64,000 nt of DNA from Bispira polyomma (Eukaryota), in contig OZ287758.1 of assembly GCA_965649765.1 (NCBI GenBank), positions 34,410,001 through 34,474,000 on the forward strand. Direction: 5' to 3'. The first letter of the stretch is position 1, and each line of letters opens with the position of its first letter. Made by a program: the position numbers and the translations under genes. Shown piece by piece: positions 47,521-62,685 of this stretch. The notes beneath the pieces are model-generated. The model was not told where the DNA came from. It worked only from the letters and a program-made list of their open reading frames with translations, and did not search any database.

Positions 47521-50500
47521 ATTTGCATAGTGTAATTTTAAACTGTCTGGGAGGAAAAGGGAAAATATCTCAGCACAACTTGGAAATTAGGTGAACTGTC
47601 TGGCAGTGAATTGTCTGGGTGTTAAAAACTCAGCCACAAGGCTTGGTTGAAAATAGCAAGGGATAGGGTCTATAAAAGCTGGAACTTGGGATTCACTCTT
47701 CAGTTACCAAAGATTGCTGCCACATGTGGGTTTAAGTTCCCACCCAATATCGCCCCCCCCCCCCTTTTTAATGGGTTTATAAAACAAAAAAATTCTTCTT
47801 TGGGAAAATTTTTTCTTTTAAATAAAACTTTATCTCATATGTCATCCCTACATACGGAATGGCAATTTGTATAGTGTAATTTTAAAAGCTTAGGTCATAT
47901 GGCTAAAAATCTATGGTTAGAATGGCTCACTTTCACATTTCGGAGTACTCGCCAGGCGGCGATACAGTCGAAAACTACATCCGCTAAGTGTAAAATGTAA
48001 ACAAGACGTACACAAACCAGGAAGTAGGAATTAAGGTTTAAAAAGTTTTAGTGATTTTTTAATGTTATTCACCCAAGTAAGTTGTTATAAATTATTCCAA
48101 ATGATAGAAAATTTGATATTTTATAGTTACCAATACTTTAAATTGAATGAGAGAACTATGTATAGCCGATTTAATTATGGTATCCCAATTATCGCCCATA
48201 TTCGCAACAATGGGTAAACAAGTACAGAGGGGTAACTGTATTTAAACTTAAATATCTCCGCCGTTTTTTAATGGATTTTCATGCAACAATAAGCACAGTA
48301 ATCGCAATGAGCTAAGCTTTCTAAACATATTCTTATTAAAAAATTTTCTTTGGTATTTTTTGAGTTATTAATAATAATCTGCATTTTTACACAGGCTTCC
48401 ACAATATAATGTGGATAAAATTTGGTATTTTATCGTAAGCAATACTTTATATTGAACAAGAGAACTATGTATATCTGGTAATAAAAAGCACAGTAATCAA
48501 TAAAGGCTTTGTTCCAATGGCTCACTTTCTTATATGGTTGTGCTCGCCAGGCGGAGATACCGTACGTGTACTGGCATCTCATAAACCAGGAAGTAAGAAT
48601 ATAGATTTGAAAACTGATTTTTCTATTTTAGTTGCAAGTTTAAATGAATTATTGTAAGTTAAAGCTCATATATTTTTTAAGGGTTCCCATTTCTTAATGG
48701 TTAAAAATGATTGACAGAACCATTTTTATCAGATTTATTAATTGATTAGTCGATTGGTACCCGGGCGTGAACTGGTCTTCTACCACTAAAAAGAGTAACC
48801 TGTATTTGAACTTAAATATCTCATGCATTTCTTAATGTATTTTGGTGCAACAAAAAGCACAGTATTCACAATGTAGTAAGCTTTCGCCACTTATTTTTTT
48901 GTTAAAATTTTTATGTTTAGTATTGTCTGATTGATTAATAAATAAGAACTCGCTTGCTCTGCAGATATACAGTAGTGAACCTCTTTTATCCGAATATTCA
49001 ATTGTATGAACACAGTTCTATTTTGACGAACATTCTATAATCCCAATCAAACCTTGCTCTTCCAACAGGTTTTGGATAATAAAGATTCCATTTTGTGAAT
49101 ATTTTATAAGTTTAATTCTGTGAGTTTCGATTTTTAGAGTTTAAGACACCTTTGATAATCGTAGAGTAAGGAATCAAAAATTTGCCACTCTAGAAAATGT
49201 TGTTTTGTTTGGTGGTAGAATTTTGGGTAATAATTTCCTGCAATTGAGATTTTTGTAACTATTGTACCTTACACTTACAATGACTAGTTATAGAATAATT
49301 CCCCAGATATTTTTTGAACATTAAGTTTTTGTAGGCGATTTCATTTGAAACTTCAGTAGACGTTTCTGTACAATTGTTACAGTACAAAATGTTATCTGGG
49401 TTCAAATCCTAGGGTAGATATTATTGTCTGCTAATGGTTGTGACAAATCCAAAGTGTAATTCAAAAATCCAATATGAAATGTCTACTTTCTGGGTTCTTT
49501 TATTTTAATCACCTTTACAAAATTCATAATTCTAGTTAGCTGACCATTTATTTCACTGTGATCCGACACCCAAATCGTTAACTCAGGCAATTTTTAGGGA
49601 GTTAAAATAATTATTATTCAACAAATCTGCATAGGTTGTACATTAGTAAGTCATTTTTTGTTACTGTGATATTTTACTTGCGTAACAGCCAACAAACAAC
49701 AAAGAGTGCACAAAACAGGACTATATTGAATGCATACTTTAACACCTTGCTAGTAAAAACTGACCGAGTAGCCCATGTAATTTTTTTTAACCCTTTTCAT
49801 GTCAACAGAAAACTATCGCCGAGAACTAAAGAAAATAAATAAATGTCCAACCCTTTTCAGTTTATTTTCCCTTTCTCATGTCATTGTGCATTAGCCTAGC
49901 CTCCCTTTACTTTTGACCTACGTTTTATTTCAAGGTCAAATTACTCATACTTAACTGGCATGTCTGCTAAGCGACAACCTAGAGGATCATTTGAATGGAC
50001 TAGTTCAGTTTAGAATAGGTTGAACATCACATTTAAAAACATATTTTGTGATATTTTGACAGACAGTTAACTGGTGAAATAAATCAAATAGGAAGATAGT
50101 TGCTTTAGGCTTTCTGCTCTGCAAAGCACAGCCTCCAGCAAGTCTACTGCCAACATTACTACATAGATTCTAGGAACAAGGTTCAAACCCACCACTGCAG
50201 TGGATTGAGGATAGCGTGTTACCGCTACACCAACGAAGTCCCTATTTTGGTTTAAACTACAAATGTATTTTTGTTTGACATTTTAATCATAATTTAACAA
50301 AAGTTTCAATTAATTTGGAAGAAATATGTTGTTCTTAAAAAGAGTATTTCCTTGTCAACTATATCAAAATATGTTTTGACAGAGTTGGCGTTTTTCAGTT
50401 ATTTTTTAAAATGACATTGTCAAATGTTTATTTTTTGTGGCAATGCACAAAAAAACTGATGTGACACGTCATCATTTTTTTTTTTAATATTTTTTTTTCA

Positions 50501-50730
50501 TATTTTACAAAAAAATTAAAAATTTACACAATTTTTTTTCCATGACAGACTGTATTTATATAAATATATATATATATATTGAGATAATATATGGAGGAGA
50601 ATTATGGGAATTATATTTTTATCAAATATAACACTGCAACCTTTTTAACTTTAGGGTTAGACTCTGGAGGCTAGGTTAGGGGTATTATAGTCAGGGTTAG
50701 GTGGTTAGATCAGGGGGGCCAGGATTAGAA

Positions 50731-50981
50731 TTTGAATTTGGATATTTAACATCCACTCTAGTACCTATTAGTAGGTTATATTGGGACAGGTATTTGAAAA
50801 CGTTGGAGGAAACACTGCATACAGTCGGTCAAGGTTCTGCAGAGAAACCAGCGGCCCACAGTAAGGAACTACCACCTTTCCCACATAGGCATCGACAGGA
50901 TTCGAACTCACGCCACCCAGAGGTGAGAGACCAGTGATTGTGAAGCACAATGCTTGCTAACCACTAGGCCACCACGGTCCC
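50731..50981 (-). mobile_element. tRNA-derived SINE, copy 3
   Basis: Same family; TSD GGC(C/T)AGGATTAGAA; inserted in a degenerate TTAGGG-rich repeat. Confidence 0.88.
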
Positions 50982-51484
50982 ACGGCTAGGATTAGAAAGC
51001 TAGGTTAGGGGTATTAGGGGCTAGGTTAGGGGTATTATAGTTAGGGGTTAGGGTTAGGTGGTTAGATCAGGGGAGCTAGGATTAGAAACTATGTTTTGTC
51101 AAATATCTATAGAATTTTTTTTTTTTTTTAATAATTTTTTTTTTTTACATGTTGACCTGTCGACCTACAAGTATACTATATTTTTCGTAACATCTTAACC
51201 TGTCAATCTATAATGATAATATATAGGGGAACTATATTTTGTCCAACATTTACATACATGAATTCCTACACAGGAGTGGGGAATATCAGACTTCTTCCGT
51301 AAATCCTATATTTGCCATTTTCCTTCAATAAACATGTGTATTTTATATCTCTTACATTACCAAATAATATTTTAACATCTTTAAATTAAAATTCAGCGCC
51401 AATTTTCACCAAAAAACGGTCTTTTTCAATGTAAAATAAGCCCATAAAAATGGTTAAAACTTAATTTTAAAAAGGTAAAAACCT

Positions 51485-51704
51485 TACTGCTCAGCCAGTG
51501 AATTTCGCCACCCACTAGCAAATTTCGCCAACTGAAATAAACCAGTTAAGAACCCGTTTTTCTGGAATTAAATGTATGTAAAATGTGGTTTTATGCATGA
51601 ATTATTGCTTTATGAATTCCAAATCACGAAATTACTGCCATATAGTGTCAAAAACGTCAAGTGGCGAAATTCACTGGCCGGCGAAATTCACTGGCTGAGC
51701 AATA
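51485..51704. mobile_element. MITE
   Basis: TIR TGCTCAGCCAGTGAATTTCGCC / GGCGAAATTCACTGGCTGAGCA with subterminal repeats. Confidence 0.75.
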
Positions 51705-54700
51705 TGCAATCTACGTAAAACATGGTCGATAATAGGGTGAATTTTACAAAAGTTCAATTGGAATATTGTCCTTTAACAATAAAATAAATATTTTTATAAT
51801 AGATCGATAGTTTTGCAAAGTATGTCAACATGTAAAGCTTTTGTTTTGAATAATAACTGGGAATGAATGATTTTTATATATTGGATATTTCAATACTAGT
51901 CGGTTTGTTTACTTTTTGAAGGACTTACCGAAAACAGTTAGAAGAATTCTAAATGCCGTAAATTTTATATCGTGAAAATGAGCCATTCAAGTAGTTATAC
52001 TTAGTTGAGTCTAAGACTTGTGAACCAAGATGTAACGCTCCAGCCTAACAGTAACTCTGGCTACACAGCTCAATGTCAAAGTGAGACAAGCTGTCATGTC
52101 ATTGTACATGTATGTATAGATGTAATCAGTGTGTAGTACAGTAACAATGTATAAAGTTAACATGAATGTTTAAACAAAACTAATTGTGTGTTTTAACTAA
52201 TAAAGCTTCACAGTGGAGATTAATGAGTTGTTGTCATACCTTTGTATTCACTAATGCTGTAAATAGGTTGTTTTTATGGGTTTTTTTGGTTATGTTGTCC
52301 TTTGTTGTTTGTTTCATTTATGTGGTAAATATCAAATTTAATTACATGTTCATATTGTACAACCTATAATTGTATCATTGTAATGCTAATAATAATGCAC
52401 GTAGTCCCATTCATATTCTGCTTTGATTTACCTCAGCTTTACCATAACATCATAAATTTACTGCAACCTTTGACCATGAATATTTTCATAGACATAAAGG
52501 ATTGAACATTGGGATCCAGACATTTTGATGCCCTTAGAACAGATCCAAACAGTGATGTATTAAAATTTGTGTTATTAGTTTATGATTTTGTGTCAGATAT
52601 CCCGTGACCTTAAGCCTATTTAACATTGTAACAACGGGAAACTGGCAAAGGGGTATATTAGTTTGTACTAGTATAAAAGAATATAACTTTTGTTACAATA
52701 TTACAAAGTTACGTTTTCATGTTTTGTAAGCCACCCTGTGAGGTGCAGTTATTTGTAAAGTCCTTGTGAGACGGTTGCAAACTCTCCCCTCTGCACAGGG
52801 TGTCTGAAAACCAATTTTAATAGGGGGAATAAACATAAAAAATATATTAGTTTATTCTATGTTAATCTAAAAATATATGTACACACTGGAGTCATAAGTT
52901 TAAGGCCACCTTACTGAGTTTAAGTTAACTTAACAGAGTTTGAGGAGAACGTAACTGAGTTTAAGGTTAAACTTTAGTATATATTTAAGATGCGATTACT
53001 TTAAGGTTTAACTTACGTACACCATTAAGTTATGATAAACTTATACCATTAAACTAAACATAACACATTAAGTTAAAGTCACCTTAACAAATATTTTAAA
53101 CTGATGAAAGGTATATATTGAAGACTGCCTACTTTTAATTTTAGTTTAAGAGCAAAGTTAACACAAAGCAAATATATTTTCTTACAGTTACTTGAGAGTT
53201 AGACCAACATTTTAGAAACCAAAAACTTAAGCTATAGACTAAGTTGGGACATTTTATAAATAAAATCCTGTTGTGCGTACCCATTGAAGTTCAAGTCCGA
53301 GGTGAAGAATTGATTGTGTCTGCCTATTAATATGTACACAACTGGTTCGATTCATACTTCAAGGTCAGGGAAGACGTACATATATCAATCTGTAAAAGGT
53401 GTACATAACAGGTTGTGACTGTTATATGCAAATATAGTGATGTAAAACTACAATAAAAAGGCAGTCGTGTTAGGGGGGAATTTTGTAAGGGTAAATATAG
53501 CTAATTTAACTACAAAGTTTTAGGAAAAAAACTTACAACCTATCTTTTCAAGCTGTCTTACCAGTATATTGGTTTGTGGTAAATTTGACAATATTAAATT
53601 TGTATGTATTATGGATTGTCTCAGTGACAAGTTGTTGCTCATAAACAAAATAACACTGCCTCAGCTGTGAGATAGCAACACATCGATCTTATACGGTCAT
53701 AGGTGTTAATCTCAACCATTGCAAGCTAATAGGTCATTTCTGTTGAAGACTCGTGGTTTTAAGAGCAGAACAACTTGCCTACTGTGATTTCATTCTGCAA
53801 CTGAAGTCCCCGTTGTGACATGGCAAAAGATGGTAACTCACAGTACTGAAGGGAATTCACGGTTAACAGGCTGCAGAAAGCTTGAGTCACCAAAACACAT
53901 ACCTCAGACAACTTTCAGCATTTTAAAATTGCCTCCCGTTTAATTATTTGAACCAAGAATTCTGAAGTGCTAACATGTTACTATTGTGTGGTACGAAAGG
54001 GATTAGACTAATAATATAGGTGTGTATGACTGCTTTCCGACAGACTTGGTATTAGCAAATACACTTCAGTGTCTGGACCGAGAGTTCTCTGCCGCCAAGA
54101 CAGTTTTGTTTTTATTGATGTGTGGCTGTTTTAGCCAGGTCACACCTATACGTGCTGGAGCTACGTGTGTGTCACGTTTTTAACTTTTTGAGAACCTAAT
54201 ATGAACGTAGTAGATGGTAATGCCAAATTGAGGATCCCTGGTGCATTCGTTCCGTGACGTTGCTTAACGGATGATATTGTTCCGGAAAAGTCTCCGTTTG
54301 ATCGGCTGTTTGAAATAATCGTGACAGAGCTCTCCGTTTCTCGAGGACGTCTCCACTCGTCTGTATAAGTAGCATAACATAGCACTAAGTAGTGAGACCG
54401 TCTCCACTCATTTATATTCGTCATGGAATGTTTCACGAGGTAGCAAAATGTAGCAGAACGCAGCCGTTTGTAGCATACAGTAGATCTACGTAGTAGTAGG
54501 TAGTGATATCCTACCAGTAAAGTCTCCGTTTTTTGCCCCCGCATCGTGTGTAAAAGTACCAACATCATCATGAAACGTCACAGAAACGTCACAATCGACT
54601 GCACTTTTATTACTATGACGTCACTTTGACACAGAACTACCACGTTTTAATTTATATGGCTTGGCTACGTTATGGGTCGATAGCATGTGTACGTGTAACT

Positions 54701-57477
54701 GGGTTATTAGTGACAGAGCGGTCAAGCAAAACTTCATAAATCTGACACGGCAATTCGCTTTATATTATAAAATGGGAAATATACGGAAATATGTTCAAAT
54801 ACTGATAATTATGTAAACAAATCCTTATAGGTTGGGCATAAGATATAATATTGTGTACTGCTATTGGATTAATCAACATACAACCACAGACTCTCACTGT
54901 GTCTCACTGTGTACTGTCAGTTAGTCAGAGCTTCGGCGAGGACAGAAAACTGAGTGTCATATTTATAAGGCTGTTAAAACCCAAACAAAACGCAACACAA
55001 ACAATTGGTAATAAGTGTACTTACTGTACTCAGATATATAAAGTTAATGTTTAGTTTAACATCACTTTCAATGGGTCTATTTGTATCACAACAGGTATTT
55101 GCCAAGTTGAATTCTTAAACAATTTTATATTCAGGCTTCAGCAAATCTAGTACTAACGTTCCCATATAAACCCCAAGGATGAGATTTGAATTCACAACTG
55201 CATATGTGGCAAGGGGAGGACGATTTTAAATAAGCAATATTTATAAGATCGAAGTAATTATGAAACAAATTTCTTCTAAATCTAATTGCTTCTAGGATGA
55301 GCCACTATAAAAACAATTATTCAACTCTGTATATTTTATACCACATGAGAATGTCAAACACCAAAACATAAATAATTCACATATATACAAGGAATCAGTG
55401 AGCTGGTGCTCACGTATCGGTGCTTTTAAAGTTATGGACAGTCTTGAGACGGTCTTGGGATGAAGTGACCACTGAAAAGAAGATGAGTTTTATTGCCCAA
55501 CTTAATTAAACAAAACATCATATATTTTCCCTCACAGCTTTTACTTCATTAAATATATATTACCCTAATTAAACAGTACTTTTACAAACTCCATTTTATT
55601 TCGTATTTTGACAACTTTATTACAGTCCACCATGGCTCATTTTGTTGACAGCAGAATGAGTAGAATCTTTATTTTTTTTAATTTTGACAAAAGTTTAATG
55701 GAAATGTCACCCAACAACAAAGTAAATATTTTTACAAAGAATAAATACTTTTGCATCTTCTGTCAAAATGTGAGCCAATTTTTTAGATTAATAACTGCGA
55801 AATAAGTATTTTATATCATTTGGTAGGTCACAGAAGTTGCTTTGTTTACCTACAACTCCATCTTGGTTGTTGAAGGTCAATGTCATTTTGTATGAAGGGA
55901 TTTCATCAGTTACGGTATTAGCGATTGTGATTGGCTGATCATACAAGTGATGCTTTATAATAATAAATATTGCGTAGTCAGGGAAGCACATGGAGATAAA
56001 GTAGCTGGGATATATGGAAAGCAAATTGAAGGGATTAATATATTTAAGTCATATAATTATAAGAAAACCTGTGTAAGCAGGCCTAATATACCTAAGGTAA
56101 ACATTACTTACATTTTATTTAAGGAAATCGCATCGAATTGTGAAGCCACGATCTTCATTTTTTTATAAAACAGTATTTCCGGCGATCAACAGAGCATCAT
56201 TTGTTACACATGAATTTCTTGGATTCAAACTGTTTGACAAAATAGGACAATCAAAGTTGTAAGTTGTTAAAAAAAAAAGTATTTTTAGACTCCTGTAAAA
56301 AGTCAAATGGAAAGTAAGCCCATATACTGGAAATTTAAACCTGTCTATAGTCATTTGTAATGTTAAATTTAATAATACATATATATATGTTACAGTAAAT
56401 ATGTAAAATCAGTAAATACGCGTATTTACTGAAAATTTCAGTAAATACGCGTACATTATAATTTGAAAGTAAATGATGGCTCTAGTATTGAAAAATTCCG
56501 AATTGAAAAAAGGTAGATTTAGAGATGAAAAAAGATTGTTTTCTGCGCAGAATTACAGTTGAAAAGTTAGATATTTTAAGTTGGTTTATTATAGATTTGG
56601 AGTTGAATTCCTATACAAAACAAGTGAAATATTTTCACTTGTTATAATCAAATTTTAATTTTTTAAGCATTTTGTTCATTAAGGATAACCACAAACTATA
56701 CTGTATTAGCACAGTTTTTGTATTTTTGCAGCATGTATATATCTGAAATGTACAACTCTATACAGTTATGTTAGTACTAGTAATACCTCAGGAGCACCTG
56801 TTAAAATTTAAGTCTTACAAGTTTAGGCTATTATGACAATATACAACATTACATACTACTTCATTTTATGTAAAACTATTCCTTGATATATATCACACTG
56901 ACATATATTAAAAACAATAAAAGTAAAAACAGATTTCTCAAGATATTACACATAAATTTAAAATTATAAATGCTTATCTTCAACAAAGATGTCTGCCAGG
57001 AAGTGTAACCGAGCTCACTAAGCATGTTCCAGTCAGATATTCAACCAAAAATCAACACTATTTCTAATCTAAAGGTGGCTACTTTTTCAAGTCAAGATAT
57101 TGACTTGAACTTAGTGTTGAAAATCCATTTATCAACATCAGAACCAATTTTTAACACTCAATCTACATCGTTTTCAAGTCATGTGCCTGCTGGGATGGGT
57201 TTTAGGAAAAAAATCCTTGTTGAATATACTAATGGTATCGAGTAATACAGTTTTGATCATTTTTTTGATATTCTAAAAATAGTTGAATGTATTTAGTGGC
57301 AATTTAAAATTTATTTTACTTTTTACCCAATCAGTTACCGTTTTCAAGAAAGACTGGATTGTTTCATAACTTCACAGTTATAAAATAGATGCATAATAGA
57401 TTCCTCAAAAGTATTACACAGTCTACATCTATCACAGTTTTCTAATGACATTCTTGGTCTTATAATACTATAAAACA

Positions 57478-58140
57478 TCTATCGCTCCTGCTATCACAAC
57501 ATACGCGACATCAAAAGAATAAGAAACCACCTGTCCATGGACACAGCGATAGCCGCCTCGACTACTGCAACTCTCTCTTGTACGAAGCAAACAAGTCACA
57601 CATTAAAAAGCTCCAGTCCATTCAAAACTACCTATGTAGGGTCATTTTTCGCCTGGGCTGTCGCACAGACATCACTCCTTACCTCAAAAAATTACACTGG
57701 CTGCTCATTAACTCTCGCATTTTGTTCAAGATTCACGTTACTACTTTTAAGGCTGTTGTCACTCAACAGCCCCCCTACCTTGCCTCCCTTCTTTCCTTCA
57801 GTAACCGCAAGAGAGGCAACAGACTCTCCGTCACTTCGGTCAGACTAATCAGAAAGGCGGGATTCAGAGCGTTCTCCACTGCAGCTCCACAATTATGGAA
57901 CAGTCTCCCAGTTGACCTCAGATCAGTTGACACACTTGTCGCTTTTAGGAAAAAGTTTAAAACCTATCTTTTTAATCTTGCCTACCCACCTTAGCTTCCC
58001 TCGTGCACGGTCCCACTTCCTTCCTTAGGACTTTGCAATGTCCATGGACTTAATGATTGGACCAATGATTCTGCTGGTGCACTTTAGATGATGCCTAGCA
58101 TCAATAAAGCGCGTTAAAAATTTATAATAATAATAATAAT
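57478..58140 (+). mobile_element. 5'-truncated L2/CR1-group LINE
   Basis: KLQSIQN...ITPYLKKLHWL...RAFSTAAPQLWNSLP...FKTYLF; (ATA)n tail. Confidence 0.85.
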
Positions 58141-58800
58141 ACATGGCTACAGACAGGCAAGGTAGTCCTTATGGGTAAATTTAAGATGGGAAATCATTCA
58201 AATTACGTCTTCAAGTTTGGAAATTAAAAAAGCCCAATGCAAAACAAAATACTATGTGTGGAGAGCTCATTGGTTGCCCTGGAGATGTGCCAAAAGAGTA
58301 CCAAATCAGAAAATTTTGGGAACCAAAAGAGGTTTGCTATAAAAAGGGTTGTTCAAAGGAATAACTAAGTTCTACTGCAAAATTGTAAATTTTTCTTAGC
58401 TTCTGCTTCCTCCTAAAAGATAAGATAGACATTGAAGTCTATTTAATAAAAACTACAACTAATACTATTAGCCCCACTAACCTCTTGCAGTTGTGGGATC
58501 GCCTGTACAATTGTTGTCAATAAAGTGTCAAACTGTTACTGTGTAGGAAAAGAAATCTAAGATTGCTTTTTGTTATCATAAAAAATTAAGCAGCTTGTTA
58601 CAGTAACATGTTTATGTTATATAAGTTTCTTTTTCTTCAGCTTGTTGCAGTTACATGTTTATGTGGTATAATTTTCTTTATTCCTTTGTCTCTTTAATGT
58701 CAAAGGATCTTGTATTCCTACCAGTTGTCAAATGAAATGTTAATAACAAAAAAATTATGTATAACCGCAAAGTAATAATTCTAATTCAGACAGCGACACA

Positions 58801-59447
58801 TGTAGTATTAAAGTGAACACTCACCTTATTGAGCTTGGTTGATGGCCAAAACGCCAACCACGCAACAAGACACCACTTTACTTGTTATAAGTTGTAATAT
58901 GGTCGATTTACCACTTTAAACTTCACTTATCTGAGATATGTGTTCTCTGTTCAAATATGGCGGTCGATCTGACCTTGGTTACATCTGGGACCTCCGCGCA
59001 TAGTTTCAGTGGCCAACCACACGCTAGCATCGTGTTTTCGCGACCGCCGCTCACCACATTCCCCTCTGTCATGTTTTTGGGGCTGGCTCCTATGGGAAAC
59101 AGAACTTGGCACAAATGTAATAACGTTTCTCAGGGTGTTACTGTTCCTCTGTTCAAAACTAATTCAATTTACGTCACTACTATTTCATATTTCCCATTTT
59201 TGGAAAGGGTGCATTTTATTTCTCTATGGTTTACATAATTAACGGTTCACTGTTCATTTATACAACATTTCAATGTTTCTTTTTCACCGTATTTCACTAT
59301 TGTTACCTTTCACATTTCGTTGTTCATTTTAATCATTTAACTAAATTGTTTATTTTAACTTTACTTTTTAATTGTTTATTTTAATTATTTAATGGAGATT
59401 ACTTTTTAATTGTTCATTTTAATTATTTACTTTTAACTTTACTTACA
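58801..59447 (-). mobile_element. Putative 3' LTR of the Gypsy element
   Basis: Minus strand begins TGTAAGTA right after the G-rich tract GGGTGGTGAGGGT (PPT-like, 59448-59460) and ends TACTACA; partner LTR is outside the window. Confidence 0.55.
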
Positions 59448-59525
59448 ACCCTCACCACCCATGTCGAACTTAACCGACACCAACTTACCCATATCGAATC
59501 CGATCGATACCCTATTCCTCCCCCA

Positions 59526-62500
59526 TCAGTTTGTTAGACCATAAAACTGATTGGCATTCTGCAAGTCAACTGTCACAACCTCTTCCACTGCCAACCCCTT
59601 TAGATCCGCGATCCTTTGGGCTATGCTCAGAATGCCATAAGGGGAATTGTAGTTACACCCCTGATGTTCATGAACCTTCAGGTGGGGAGAGTCAGTTTCC
59701 AACAAGATCTTCTCCAAAGGCAGTCCCTTTATTACTTCCTCTATCTCGGGATGACGTTCTGTTCTCATTATCAACCCGGTAAAGCCAAATTTAACATTCG
59801 GGAAAGTATCCTGCTATTTTTCTGTCTCTCTGACTCCCCCGTTGTAGCAATGCCTGTGTATCTTGTACCTTTCCTTTTCACAGGCAGGCAACTCGCTACG
59901 CATAACCTTCAAACACAGTTCAGTCGCATATGTGTCCTGGTTATAATCCCGGCAATGTATGACCAGGACTTTGGAGAAAAGTTGCTTTTTTACATAAAAT
60001 CCTAAAAGATCTTTGAGGACTGCCACTTGATGTTGCATCAGTGCTGAGTGACCTGAGGTGCGCTCAATCCCCATCTCTCCAATAGCAACGCATCGGGGTT
60101 GACTTTCCACCAAAAACTTCAATTCGTCTAGATGAACTTTGGTGGCTTTATGGGCTTCCTTTGGATGAACCCCGAATGCAAACCAAAGACGGCTGTTCGT
60201 CTTGGCCTCACGCAACTCCCTGTAGCTTGGCATGTCATCGCAAAAGTTTGCGACTGCAGCCTCTAGATGGGCACATAGATGAGGCTGAGGACCATTTCCA
60301 AGTATAGAATCCAGATGAAATTTCTTGCTTACCCTCCTGGTTCTATCTAAATGAAAATGGGAATCCGTGAAGGTCAGTTTTTGGTGCATTTTAAAATAAT
60401 TCTGCCTCCCTCTCCTGAATTCCCACTCTCTTTCCCCATATGGCGTGCCAACCTCCTCAAGCCCTTTTTGCCTCGTTGCTCTCGCGCTGATTGCCTTGGC
60501 CCGTACCAGCGCCTCTCTATAGGTTTTCTCCTCCTCTTTTTTCCTTTCTTGCTCAAATTCTGGCCCAATAGACAGATTTTGAATTACAGCTGAGGTTGAT
60601 GGTTTTCCCAGAGCCGCATCCATGTCGGCAATCAACTCACTTGTCGGCTCTGGTGATTTCATTTCAACATCTTAACTCTGTTCTGCCTCTGGGCTTAACT
60701 CCCCTTCTTCAATTTATTCCAATAATGGTCCAGACTCCCCTGCCTCAGTTTGAGCCGCTAATGGGCTTGTTGATACTTCCTCAGGGAGCGCATCATTTTG
60801 GGAGGTCTCAGCGCCTGGTTCCACTTTGGAAACTCTTCTCCTGGAGGGGGTATCAAATGATTCCTCCTCAACGTCCACCTGTAATGGAGGAAATTCTTCA
60901 TTAAATGCCGCCGTTCCAGCTTCTGGTATTACTGTGGAACCCTCAACATCTATTTTGAGAATAGGCATAGCTCTCTGAAAATGTTCCTCACCTACAATGT
61001 TTATCAGACAAGCCGCTACTCTCCAATGAATCAGGGATTCTACAACATTTGGTGGGTCAATGCTCAGGGTTCTGCAAAGGGATTGTCCCGTCCTCCAGAC
61101 GTGGAACTCATTCATCAATTCAAAATTCTCCTCACAGTTTTCGATAGTCATACCCCTGGTGTTCGGGTAGATATGATCCCTGATAACCCGCTGTAGAAGT
61201 TCTTCAGGGCTACTGACTCCTAATTCATGTGCAGCGCTCAACAAAAATTCCTCAGTAAAGATTATCCTGGTTTCCAGGTTTTCGTTCCAGAATCCAGTTG
61301 GCAGATGACTCGCTATAACGTGGCGCCTCATATAGCTTTGCGGGAGCCCACAGGTTTTGATTGGGCAAGCCGGTCGTTGTTTAGCTTTCTTTTTTGGCCT
61401 GACAATATTCTGCGACCTCTGACTTGGATACACAGGTGCGGCAGATCTACGGGCTTCAGCTTGAACTGCATCTCTTTGAGATTTTGACCCGTTACCTTGA
61501 GAGGACTTTTCTAATTTCTTACTGGCTTCAGGTTTATCTGAATCCTCATGCTTCTCTTGACGATCCTCTTTTTTGTTGGCTTTTTTAGATCCTTTTTGGT
61601 CAGCTTTTTTAGGTCCTTTTTTATGGGCGTCAGATTGATCTGACTCCCCTGAATAATGCCTTTTTTTTGCTACTCTTTTTGGCATCCTTCCTAGACCGTT
61701 TGACATAGGTCTCGGAGTCATCTGAATATCCGTGATGCTTTTTCTTTTTCGACCTCACCTCTCGCCACTCATATTCTCCAACGGTTTTACGCTGCTTTAT
61801 AGGCTTCGGACTAGTTTGCCTGGCAGCTCATTCTAGCCTGCTGCTCTTAATGGCTGCCCTCATCTCAGCCTCTTCCTCATTCACGCCATACACCCTTTTA
61901 GGTTTAACTGAGTGAGCTACAGATGTTTCCGGTGTAGTGCTACTTGTTTGAGCTGGTCCCGAAGTAGCAACTGACGCCTGTGCTGAACTGGCAACTGCAG
62001 GGGTAACACTTGAGGCTTGGCCACTCATCAGTAACCGGATGTCCCTCAGACATCATTCTAACAACAGAGCTTGGTCAAATGGCTCGCGTCAGTTACTGGG
62101 ATGAAAAACTCTTCCCCTTGCTATTTCAGGCCTCAAAATTTGAAATATGCCTATTAGTCCCCTGGACCCACCAGACTGGGAATCTGAGATATCGCATTGA
62201 GATTGCAACACTTCAGATTCCCGTCCGCTTTCCTTTGACCTACCAGCCTGAGAATCTGAGACATTGTCTTGCCCCTGCAACCTCTCAGATTCTCGTCCAC
62301 TTACACTGGGTCTACTTACCCGGGAATCTGGAGCATTGCCTGTACCATGCAACCCTCCAGAATTCCGTCTGTTACCTCCATGACCAGATCTCATATGTGG
62401 TGGTTGATAGTGGTTCCCACCACGGGGATGCCATCTTCCACCAATTGGTCTTGGCCAGGGTTGATCCTCAGCAGCCTGAGTCCCTCCCCGCCTTTTACCA

Positions 62501-62685
62501 TCATCGTCAACGCGACTCTGGGGTGGTACGAGATTTGGTCTCTCGGGTCCCTCATCACCATAGCGACGTGGACCCCGGAAAGACTGAGGTCCTCGATAGG
62601 GGCGACCGCCATGAAAACGACGCTGTCCCCCTCCTCTCCAGCCTCTCCGTCTACCCCTCTCATAGGGGTTACTACCATACGGCAT
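59526..62685 (-). pseudogene. Extra ORF in the env position: RG-rich N-terminus, C2H2-like finger, TatD DNase domain
   Basis: 61721-59526 is one frame broken by three stops; DSHFH, GVHP, GEMG, IHCR, RHCY, ETDSP TatD motifs; CPIKTC...HVIASH finger. Confidence 0.82.

Noticed and set aside
50650-51090. Interstitial telomere
   Set aside because: Only scattered degenerate TTAGGG within a longer repeat unit
54100-54720. CpG-rich island with a 136-aa ORF
   Set aside because: No recognisable domain or termini; probably an unclassified repeat remnant
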